From Rhodothermales bacterium (GTDB taxonomy: Bacteria > Bacteroidota > Rhodothermia > Rhodothermales > Bin80): a stretch of DNA of 64,000 nt. Shown here in pieces: positions 1-8,900 of the stretch. The position numbers were made by a program, and so were the translations under genes. The notes beneath the pieces are model-generated. The model was not told where the DNA came from. It did not search any database and worked only from the letters and a program-made list of their open reading frames with translations. The stretch is from assembly GCA_965200825.1 (NCBI GenBank), contig OZ241385.1, positions 1,134,980 to 1,198,979 of the forward strand, read 5' to 3'. How positions within the stretch are numbered: position 1 is the first letter of the stretch; the number at the start of each line of letters is the position of its first letter.

Positions 1-2264
1 GTTGCTGTTCGTCTACCGGGGATCAGTTTGTAATCAGAGGCCCAGAGATGCTCTTCACGCCAATCAAAGCCTGCCGAAAGCGTCCCCCAATTCTCTCGAT
101 ACCCTATCTGGGGAGAAATTTCCCAGTATTGCTGTGAATCGTGTCGAAGTCCTTGGGGGATAAATTGATGGCGACGACTGGTCATGAGGCGTGTATCGAT
201 AGTCAGCCGTTTCTGGATAAATGATTGGCTGACATATGCTTCTTGCCGGACCCACTCTCCTCGAACTGAATCGGCATTACTTTCAATATGAATAAACCGA
301 TAGTTAAGTTGAGGTACGCCAAGCTCGTTGATCGTCAAATCTATTTCCCTTCTGTCACCATGAAATACATCTTCCCGCTCCAATCGGCCAAGAACGCCTG
401 TCACTGAAGAACCATCTGAAAGTTGCCATCCCAAGTTTACTTCTTCGATCGTTTCCTGATGCGCCTGTATGAGCCCTCGATGAATGGGTAAATTCCAGGA
501 GCGAACAAATTCTACAGGTTGAGTCCGATCAAATGTGGCAAATTTTTTTCCTGTATGACGTCGATTGATCACAGCATTAACATTGCCCAATCCCACAGGA
601 AGATCCACGATTTGCAGTAAGGTTAGATAACTATGTGCAGTATTATCCGCTGCATCCATAGGGGAAAATCTGTTTTCATCACGAAATGAATATGCCCATT
701 CTCCAGCGACTTCTACATAGCGAATTGGAGCAAAGCTTCCCTGCAGGTCCACCATTCTCTGTTGTGTCGGTTTTGGTAATACGCGAATTGGTAAATATGC
801 TCCTTGTTGAGGTCCACGGTAACTATAAACGATTCCGTTGGCGGTCTGGCCTTGGCGCACATAATCCCCCATCCCCTGCCCTACTCTGGTAAACTCAACT
901 CGAAATGCCTCACGTTCAGTGATCTCTGTAATGGGCTGATAGATTGAATAATTACGGCCTGCAATGAGAGTATCCTGAAGTGTATAATGTATCCATGGAG
1001 CATCCGGGTCATAGATTACAGGAGTAGCGCCACTGCGAGATGCATCCTGATCTCCTAGTTGCCTGAGCAATTCTTTGTCGGCATCTGTAAGACCAAACTC
1101 TTGATCAAAAGATTTACCATCTGCCTCACGAATAAAGGTAATCCCAAATGAAGCCAATGGTGGGCCAGAATCTCGTGGGGCTGTGGAAATGGCTGCTTCC
1201 ATAGCTGTAAGAGTGCGTGTAAACTCCGTCGTCCGGTATTGAAATTCAACGGCAATTCGATGATGATATTTGATCAGGCGATTGACCGTAAAGATTAACT
1301 CACCTGTGGCATAGTCAATTACATAGTCATTGGATTCTCCACGTTGTAGGCGTACACCGTCTAGGTAGACTGATTCAGATCCAGGAATGACTAGAATAAA
1401 CGGTTCATTCGTATTGCCCTGCAGGCGATAGGGGCCCTGTACCCCATCTTTCACTTGAATATCCTGTACTTTAAATATCCCTCTTGAAGTAGCCCCGGCT
1501 GCACGCAATGAGTCTTTTGATACGCCGAAGGGTAATGGAGTTGTAATTCCAATTCCTTGAACTTTTCGATTTAATTGAGCAAATGTGCTACGATCTAGTC
1601 GTAGCTGAAAATCGCCCAATTGAGCTGAACTGTATGGTGTGTCAATTTCTATAAATACACGGTCAAGTTCACTGAGTCTCTGAGTAGTTCCCTCTGGTAG
1701 AATGGGAGTATTTTCATCTGTCAGGGCTGCTCTCAAATGTATGTCTGGTGCCAGTTGCCCTGACATCTGCAAGCGTAGCCCTGATTCTATGGTTGCATTA
1801 CGGTTGTTGCCTGCTAAAATCCCGCGTGTAATTGATCCGCTCCGTCTGAGTAAAGTAGTTGATTGCTGTATTGCATCTGGTTTTGTGAACTGGATTACAT
1901 TCGTTGAATCAACAATGGGCAACGACTCAAGAACCCTTGTATATCGGTTAGAAAGGGCTAAATCCCAAATCCCATATTTGACGATGGCGGTATCCCCGGT
2001 AGCAAGGGAAGGGACTTGAAGAGATCCCGACCTCGGATCAAACTGAAATTCACTTGAATCCAGTTTCAGGTCTTTAATCGAGATACTAACAGTGTTCGGT
2101 ATGACAAACAGGTCAAGAAAAAATGGTTGTTCACCAGTTAAAGTGTCCGACCTAGTTTGCAGGTTCTGTGTGAATGCCGTGGGGATAAATAACACTGCAT
2201 ACAATAAGCACAGCCACTGCCATTTTATGATAAAACCAAATTTCCAAACCCACCTAAACGCCAA
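1..2264 (-). CDS. Large secreted protein of unknown function. About 750 N-terminal codons lie in the window and the 3' part runs off the left edge.
   Basis: Absent from the ORF track because it has no stop inside the window. My hand translation of the minus strand (codon starts at positions = 2 mod 3) is stop-free wherever I checked: 1-300, 1201-1260, 1621-1680 and 1921-2280. The only canonical in-frame start is TTG at 2264-2262. It is followed by a signal-peptide-like AFRWVWKFGFIIKWQWLCLLYAVLFIPTAFTQ. All track ORFs in 64-2301 are 105 aa or shorter, as expected for shadow ORFs. Confidence 0.6.
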   Translation of the reverse strand, partial: MAFRWVWKFGFIIKWQWLCLLYAVLFIPTAFTQNLQTRSDTLTGEQPFFLDLFVIPNTVSISIKDLKLDSSEFQFDPRSGSLQVPSLATGDTAIVKYGIWDLALSNRYTRVLESLPIVDSTNVIQFTKPDAIQQSTTLLRRSGSITRGILAGNNRNATIESGLRLQMSGQLAPDIHLRAALTDENTPILPEGTTQRLSELDRVFIEIDTPYSSAQLGDFQLRLDRSTFAQLNRKVQGIGITTPLPFGVSKDSLRAAGATSRGIFKVQDIQVKDGVQGPYRLQGNTNEPFILVIPGSESVYLDGVRLQRGESNDYVIDYATGELIFTVNRLIKYHHRIAVEFQYRTTEFTRTLTAMEAAISTAPRDSGPPLASFGITFIREADGKSFDQEFGLTDADKELLRQLGDQDASRSGATPVIYDPDAPWIHYTLQDTLIAGRNYSIYQPITEITEREAFRVEFTRVGQGMGDYVRQGQTANGIVYSYRGPQQGAYLPIRVLPKPTQQRMVDLQGSFAPIRYVEVAGEWAYSFRDENRFSPMDAADNTAHSYLTLLQIVDLPVGLGNVNAVINRRHTGKKFATFDRTQPVEFVRSWNLPIHRGLIQAHQETIEEVNLGWQLSDGSSVTGVLGRLEREDVFHGDRREIDLTINELGVPQLNYRFIHIESNADSVRGEWVRQEAYVSQSFIQKRLTIDTRLMTSRRHQFIPQGLRHDSQQYWEISPQIGYRENWGTLSAGFDWREEHLWASDYKLIPGRRTA

Positions 2265-2916
2265 AGCTAACGTCGTCCGCGAGTTCATTGGTGTCATCTG
2301 ATCGAATCGTAACACCAGCTTTTTCAAGAAGATGACCACACTGTTGAATACCTTCCACCAGTCCCTCGGCCAATTGTCCAGACTTGAGGTGACGTTGAAT
2401 GGTAGCAACTATATCCACCCAATCATCTGAGTCGACCTTGGAGTTAATCCCGGTGTCTCCTACGACTTCAATCCGATGTTCAAACAGGGATACAAACAAT
2501 AAAATTCCGGTCCGCTCGCGAGTCAGAAACACTTCTTTTTCCACAAAAGCTTGCATCGCTCGCTGATGTGTGGCGAAGGCCAAGCGGGCTCTTCCTGCAA
2601 AATAACGTTTTACTCCCGGGATCCAATGCACAACCATGGCTCCGATGCAACCCGTTACGATGATCAGGAGTACAGGTGTGATCCCTTCGGTAAGTTGGGT
2701 GCCTCCCCAACCTGAAAACCACCGAATTCCCAAAACAATGGCATATGCCAGAAGAGCAAATAATCCGGCTCCTCGCCAGATTGCCACCTCGTGCCTTGCA
2801 CTTTTTTGGACGATATAGGGAACGATCTCGCCAGAAGTCTGCTTTTCAGCAGTGGCGACGGCTTCTTTTATCCGATCAAGTTCAGCTTCGGTCAAAATGG
2901 ATTTCATGGAATACAA
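2254..2916 (-). CDS. TPM-domain (TLP18.3/Psb32/MOLO-1-like) membrane protein
   Basis: 220-aa ORF. The N-terminal EKQTSGEIVPYIV segment is typical of TPM/DUF477 proteins. Two central hydrophobic helices are followed by a second soluble domain. The start lies 4 nt after the modB stop. Confidence 0.6.
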   Translation of the reverse strand: MYSMKSILTEAELDRIKEAVATAEKQTSGEIVPYIVQKSARHEVAIWRGAGLFALLAYAIVLGIRWFSGWGGTQLTEGITPVLLIIVTGCIGAMVVHWIPGVKRYFAGRARLAFATHQRAMQAFVEKEVFLTRERTGILLFVSLFEHRIEVVGDTGINSKVDSDDWVDIVATIQRHLKSGQLAEGLVEGIQQCGHLLEKAGVTIRSDDTNELADDVSFGV

Positions 2917-2920
2917 AAGA

Positions 2921-3622
2921 CTATGTGCGTGTCAAGCGTGATGATAAATAAGCATGTATGGATAAACTAAATACACTCAAAACTACAGCAATAAGCACCA
3001 ACCTGATCAGTGGTGCTTCCATACCAACTTGGCCTAACTTGGTAAATACGGCAAGCGGAATGGTTTGGGTTCGTCCTGGAATATTACCCGCAAAGACAAT
3101 GGTCGCTCCAAATTCACCTATTGCTCGAGCGAATCCAAGAACAACCCCCGCAATGATTCCCTTTATTGAGAGTGGAAACGTGACCCATCTAAAAGCAGCC
3201 CAGCGCCCTCCCCCGTAAACTGATACTGCTTCTTCCCACTCGGGATCAATCTGTTCTATGGCAATGCGAAAAGTTTGTACGAGTAAAGGGAAGGACATCA
3301 CCCCGGCGGCAATTGCAGCTCCCGCACTCGTAAATGCCAATTCTATCCCAAATAGATCATTCAAAAGTTGCCCGCCTTTTCCTCGTGGCCCAAGAAACAT
3401 CAACAATAGAAGTCCAGTGACAACTGGTGGAAGTACTAACGGAAGCTGAACAAGGTTCTCAACAAAAAAAGTTATAGGGTTTTTTCTTCGAGCTAAGTAC
3501 CAGGCAGTCAGGATTCCGGGAACGGTCATAATTGCCGTGGCAGCCAATGCAACTCGGGCAGATAACAGGATGATAGGCCACTCTGGAGAATAATCATCCA
3601 TTACGCTAAGAGCTAAACCCAA
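2921..3622 (-). CDS. modB: Molybdate ABC transporter permease
   Basis: 233-aa polytopic protein. Its EAA-loop region ARAIGEFGATIVFAGNIPGRTQTIPLAVF matches the ModB/CysTW signature. It overlaps the modA 3' end by 17 nt. Confidence 0.85.
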   Translation of the reverse strand: MGLALSVMDDYSPEWPIILLSARVALAATAIMTVPGILTAWYLARRKNPITFFVENLVQLPLVLPPVVTGLLLLMFLGPRGKGGQLLNDLFGIELAFTSAGAAIAAGVMSFPLLVQTFRIAIEQIDPEWEEAVSVYGGGRWAAFRWVTFPLSIKGIIAGVVLGFARAIGEFGATIVFAGNIPGRTQTIPLAVFTKLGQVGMEAPLIRLVLIAVVLSVFSLSIHAYLSSRLTRT

Positions 3623-4346
3623 ACTTTGTCCACAAATTCAACTGTAATGAGTCAGTAACGAAGTCGACAAAAGCTATTGCAGCATCAAGATTTGCAGTTC
3701 TTTGCAGGGTACTGATTACATAGTTGATCTCCGGCATGCACGAATCCGGTACCTGGAACATGAATTTCAACTCAGGTACTAGCCCTACATCTGAGCCATA
3801 AACGATTGCTAGGTCAGCTGCACCGCTACTTAAGGCTGCTAGCGCAGCTCGAACGTCAAGCGTCGGGATTATAGATGATTCCATAGCATTCCATTTCCCG
3901 GCACATTCAAGAGCATGCTTACCATAAATGCCTGCAGGTACATGCAAAGGATCTGCCATGGCAAGTTTCTGATTAGTTGTGAGTTCAGAAAGATCGGTGA
4001 TTGCCGGGGTTGCTGGAGTTCCAAGAACAACAAGAGTATTTTTCGCAAAATTAATTTCTTTCTCCTTAATCAAGTTTTGCTGGCGCAGATAATTCGTCCA
4101 TTCAGGGCTGGCAGACATAAATATATCGGCAGGAGCGCCCTGTTGGATTTGTCTTGCAAGTAGAGATGTTGGTCCAATATGGAGATTGACGATGGTCCTT
4201 GGCTGTTGGAGTTCAAAGAGTCTTACTAATTCATGGAGCGCATCGGTCAAGGATGCCGCAGCAAAGACAGTGATTGAATTTTCCGATGAGTCAAATTGTG
4301 AACTACATCCAACGGCCAGAAAAACTGCGACCAGAAATAGTCGCAT
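3606..4346 (-). CDS. modA: Molybdate ABC transporter substrate-binding protein
   Basis: 246 aa with a signal/lipoprotein-like N-terminus (LAVGCSS). ITVFAAASLTDAL...GAPADIFMSAS matches the ModA family pattern. Confidence 0.85.
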   Translation of the reverse strand: MRLFLVAVFLAVGCSSQFDSSENSITVFAAASLTDALHELVRLFELQQPRTIVNLHIGPTSLLARQIQQGAPADIFMSASPEWTNYLRQQNLIKEKEINFAKNTLVVLGTPATPAITDLSELTTNQKLAMADPLHVPAGIYGKHALECAGKWNAMESSIIPTLDVRAALAALSSGAADLAIVYGSDVGLVPELKFMFQVPDSCMPEINYVISTLQRTANLDAAIAFVDFVTDSLQLNLWTKFGFSS

Positions 4347-5227
4347 TACAGATTGGTTTGTTCTCGAATGGATGAAATCAATGCAACCGCTCGCTGGTAA
4401 TGCATTGAAGTAGAATCAGGCGCCAGCCTAAGTACTCGTTCAAGTTGATCAATTGCATCTTCATTGCGGCTGATCCGGGCAAGCATTAGCCCATAGTTGA
4501 AGTTAGCATTTAAGTGATCTGGATCCATCTCCAAGACTTTTTTGATTTCTGTGACCCCCAGCATTGGGCTACCTGTATTCAGATAAGCTGTGGCCATATC
4601 TGTACGAACATCAAGATTCTCCGGATTCAGTAACAGCGCCTCTTGATAAGCACTCACTGCAAAGTTAGCACTCCGGCTACGCAGTTCTGGTTGGGTTTCA
4701 TCGGTCATCTGTTCGTAATATAAATCGCCTGCTGTTTTCCAATCTTCGGCAAGTCCTGTCTCTTCAGCAATCTGTGATTGTAGGTCAGCAGCCAAATCAA
4801 GGCGCCCCCCTTGAACGAGAACATAAACTTTTTCGCGCTGAAGTAAAAACGAGAGAGCACTAGTATCACTTGCAATCGCCGTATCTAAATCATTGATTCG
4901 CTCAGCTAAATCCCCAGACAGTGGAATTTCTTCTGTAGTAACAGAAGAAGAGGTCGATGCAGTGCTGGATACAGTCGGAGGCATACGCTTGCTTACTATG
5001 GTGGTTATAAATAATACAACAACCAGAAGTACACCAACTCCGATGATTGCAAAAATCTGCACCCCCATTCCTGATTCAACATTTGCAGGGCGCTTATCAA
5101 CTTTCATTGATTTGGGAGGAGGCTGTGCGACTACACCTGTCTCTTCCTCTGTTGCTGCCCATTCACGCCTATCAATTTTCATTGGCTCATCAGGTAGAAG
5201 CTGGGGATTCAGAGCCAGTTGTTGCAA
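4346..5227 (-). CDS. Single-pass membrane TPR-repeat protein. An in-frame zinc-ribbon lies upstream, so the true start is uncertain (up to 5344).
   Basis: The 293-aa track ORF starts at a TTG. It has one TM helix (VQIFAIIGVGVLLVVVLFITTIV) and C-terminal TPR repeats (AYQEALLLNPENLDVRTDMATAYLNTG...). The frame stays open upstream to 5344 and encodes CNACGWENPPDSNFCSRCG. Its stop overlaps the modA ATG as TAATG. Confidence 0.6.
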   Translation of the reverse strand: MQQLALNPQLLPDEPMKIDRREWAATEEETGVVAQPPPKSMKVDKRPANVESGMGVQIFAIIGVGVLLVVVLFITTIVSKRMPPTVSSTASTSSSVTTEEIPLSGDLAERINDLDTAIASDTSALSFLLQREKVYVLVQGGRLDLAADLQSQIAEETGLAEDWKTAGDLYYEQMTDETQPELRSRSANFAVSAYQEALLLNPENLDVRTDMATAYLNTGSPMLGVTEIKKVLEMDPDHLNANFNYGLMLARISRNEDAIDQLERVLRLAPDSTSMHYQRAVALISSIREQTNL

Positions 5228-5417
5228 CTCGGAACCACATCGGGAGCAGAAATTGGAGTCGGGTGGATTTTCCCAACCACAAGCGTTGCAAAAAATACTT
5301 TCGACTTGATTGTAGATCAGTTTCCTCGGATTAATTAACTCTACTTATCAGTTGCATAAACCACAGCGTAAATCCTTTGTTAATGAATTTGACACGGCGT
5401 TCAGAGTAGATCTCCAC

Positions 5418-5705
5418 CTACTCTTGAGTACTATTTTTAATACGATCCTTCAATTCTTTTGAAGGTTTGAAGACAGGAACCTTTCGAGCTTCCAGATGCA
5501 TGGAATCACCAGTGGCAGGGTTACGTACCTTACGGGCCGCTTGATGATGAACCCTAAATGAAGCATACCCTCGAAGTTCAACGGACTCCCCTCGTACCAG
5601 AGCTTCTTCGATGGTTTCCCAAAATGCAAGAAACGCCGCTGTGGTTTCTTTTTTGGTCAAGCCGGTTTTTCGGGCAATAGATTCAATCAGTTTAGCTTTA
5701 GTCAT
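5418..5705 (-). CDS. HU/IHF-family DNA-binding protein
   Basis: 95 aa. MTKAKLIESIARKTGLTKKET...RNPATGDSMHLEARKVPVFKPSKELKDRI follows the HU/IHF fold pattern, including the beta-arm RNPxTG. Confidence 0.85.
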   Translation of the reverse strand: MTKAKLIESIARKTGLTKKETTAAFLAFWETIEEALVRGESVELRGYASFRVHHQAARKVRNPATGDSMHLEARKVPVFKPSKELKDRIKNSTQE

Positions 5706-5983
5706 AGGAGTATTAGGAACACATTATGTACAAAATCAGGAATTCTGCGCAGCCTTGGTCTAACCTAAACGATTAGACCAGTAATTGCCGCAATTGTGCC
5801 ATCGGCATAGAGATATGGTTAAACTTCACAAATGAGGTTCTTGCAAAATCTCTGTTTTCAGACAGAAAAAACTCTCTCACGTGCTTTCAAAGCAATGTTG
5901 ATGATAGGTTATTTTTTCACCAGTCCTAAATTAGGTTTGGATTAGATTTGAAAAACAAATATTCATGCTTCAAATGTACTGCG

Positions 5984-8900
5984 TCATTCCTGAATTAGAA
6001 GCTCTTCGTATTGGTAGGGTATGGTTGTAGTTTTAGTGGGTGTGGAATGGATGAGACTCATACTAAATCCTGGACCGCCGAATTCATTCTCGTAGCTACC
6101 CCCGAAATTTAACTTGAATCCTGCGGGCAACTGGACGGTGTAGTTGGCACGCATATCAAGAATCCAGCGGTCTATTTCTTTGATGTTGAGGTGCTCGCCA
6201 AGTAGGTTTTGATCCCGAAAGAGTTTATCACTGGACCGTGCCGAACTGCCCCAACGTGGCGATATTGAGAAAGAAAAGCCTTCCCTACTACGCTGCTCCC
6301 CGAAGGTAAATGTGACTGCTGCCCCACGCTCATCGTAGCCTTCTACCGAATAATAGGCAAGGGTTCGCGCTTGGGCATCGATGCGTATAATATTAAGAGC
6401 AACTTGGAATCCTCCGGCGATCTCAATACCATTTCCGGTAATTCCTGCTCCACCATCGTGGCGTGCATGCACAGTACCAAACGGCTTCAATTCAGCGCCA
6501 CCAAAGCGCACAGGGAGTGATAGATCTACCCCGATTCGAGCCTGGTTCACAACAACGCTCTGGCCGTCAATGGTTTCTTTCCCTGTCCCGGTCCATAACT
6601 TAGCTGAGCCGATATCGCCCAGGATAGCGAATCCAAATTTGTTTCCCGTGCCAAATTGTTTTTCAAGCTCAATCAGCCAAAGTCGGAGGCTCGCCTGACT
6701 CGTGCCTATCCAACCAGTGTTTCGCGTGTTGCGTGTATCTCCGCTTCCGGCACCAATTGAAGCCCAAACAGATGAGGACCTAGTAGCCCATCGCACATAT
6801 GGATGAATGGCCATCATCGACTGGGTCAGCCGCCCACCCGAAGCTGCTACATACCATTCCCCTGCACTCCTGTTTCGTGAGAGTGCCACGCCAACCAGCC
6901 AGCGTCGCCCCAGCCGTGTATCTAGGCCTAAATACGCAGTAGAGAGGCTTCCATCGTAGCCTGCATTATATCCATGGACAGACGGAATCCCTTCAAATTC
7001 CTGTATGTCTCCTTGCCCCCATATGAACCAACGCCTACTTACTGGACACCGCTCCTCTTTTATTTCTAAGTCACCCCAGCCGAGTAGGAAGTCCGCTGTG
7101 GCGGTGGAGGGAGTGTTTCGAATTCCAAGTACTTGACTTGGAATTGGATGGAGTGTAGAATTTAGTTGCTTATACGTGCCTGGAAATGTCGAGAAGTGTG
7201 TGAGATGCGAAGATTCATCGACTCCTTCTCTGAGCTTCAGCGCAGAAAATACTGCCGAGTAAGCAGTACGTCCAATCTGCATAGGTATCCCCGCAGCCTC
7301 TTCTCGGTTTAGTGGCACATTTCGCCCCATGACTTCAAGCCAAGATGCTCTACAAGTGTCAAGCTCCATTCTGCGGCCCAAAGCCATGCGTAGGCTTGAC
7401 AAGTGATTTCGTGCATTTGCCGCCAACAGGTGTTCAATGATTGCACGCTGTGGGTGATCACTGACGTTCACATCGAATCTTTGGATAGCGTAGAACCCCT
7501 CGGGGTCAGATGCAGAAATTTGGACTGTAGCCGGCCCATACCTGATCGGAGTCAGCGTGAGAATGGTTTCTGTTACTTTAACTAGGAGCACACCGGGATC
7601 TGATTGTACACTATAGGTGAGCACGTCTCCGTCTATATCAAGGAAATATGGCAACAAATCCAAGTGCACCTCCTCGCCGCCCTCATCAAGAATTTGATCA
7701 GGAATTGTGCCGACGGCAATCGGTGTGTCATTGACTGGAAGTACCGTCATCTCCACCGATGCGTGATCAGTAAATCCCTGTTCATCCGAAACGACATAGC
7801 TGAACGCGTCAGTTCCATGGAAGTCAGGTTCTGGTGTATATATGACATGTCCTTCCGAATCGATGTCTACCACTCCATGAACTGCTTCCGTCGTGGATTG
7901 GACACGCAAGAAATCACCTTCGGGATCCGTATCGTTAGCAAGTACATCAATGGTCACTGCTTGATCCTCCGCCGTCACTGCCACATCATTGGTTGCCTCT
8001 GGTTTCTCATTTATATCGGTCACTTCAATCGTTACGTCCGTATACGCTTCGGCTTGGAATTCATCCTTTGCGCGTACCCGAAGGCCAAAGCGATTGGGCA
8101 AGGTTTCAAAGCTTTCTCCCGTACCAATATACTGGATTACTCCTTCTTGCATACTCACTACAAAACGTTGTTGGTCACCAGACACCAGTTCGTAGTTCAA
8201 TACGTCACGGTCAGGATCCAAGGCGGCAACGGTGCCGAGAGGAACGGGCTGTGTTTGGCCGCTCATATTCTCGACTAACTCAAAGGTGTAGGCAGATTTC
8301 TCGAATGAAGGGGAGCGGTTGAAAACCTTGACAGTTGCAGTAGCAGATGCGAATCCCCCACGCCCGTCCGAAACTTCCACATGGAGGTCAACTCGTCCAG
8401 TATCACTTGGAGCAATCCAGTGTACTACGGGTCTAGAATCTTCCCCTGTAAACTCGCCCGCGTCAGTACTCCAGGCGTAGATGAGCGGATCTCCATCGGG
8501 ATCCATTGCACTCGCATCAAGCCTCACTTCCCCAAAGCGATGCACTATGCACGGGGTACAGGTAACCGTGACTGTGGGAATCTCATTTAAGTCAATGACC
8601 TCCACCAAAACCTCCACTGAGTCAACTCCTCCAAGCTCATCCTGAACACGTACGGTTAATTCAAACAAGTTCGGCTCTATTTCATAATCCTCACCGGGCC
8701 CGATATAATGAAACGCTCCGTCGAGTTTATCCACCGTAAACCATTGCAGTTCTCCTGATATCATTTCATAAGCCAACGCATCTTGATCAGGATCTTCTGC
8801 GATAACCGTACCGAGCCGAACAGGTTGAGTTTGGCCTCCCAAGTTCTCTGACAATTCAAAGGAATAGGTAGGTTGCTCGAAAACGGGAGAGCGGTTGGCG

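Noticed and set aside
64-2301. Short track ORFs 64-255, 686-892, 1055-1255, 1702-2019 and 2092-2301
   Set aside because: All overlap the long open minus-strand frame that runs off the left edge, and none has recognisable motifs.
5790-5802. The 13-mer GCAATTGTGCCAT occurs at 5790-5802 (upstream of the HU gene) and again at 13819-13831 (upstream of ppc)
   Set aside because: By a rough estimate, tens of 13-mer coincidences are expected by chance in 64 kb on both strands. The orientation relative to the two downstream genes also differs, so nothing supports a shared regulatory site.
7604-8278. 224-aa plus-strand ORF, with similar long antisense ORFs at 37836-38552, 44418-44924, 19809-20285 and 31326-31727
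   Set aside because: Each lies entirely opposite a gene with strong family motifs (adhesin, ilvB, mutS, transposase, leuC). Their sequences are low-complexity, Cys/Arg-rich and typical of shadow frames.
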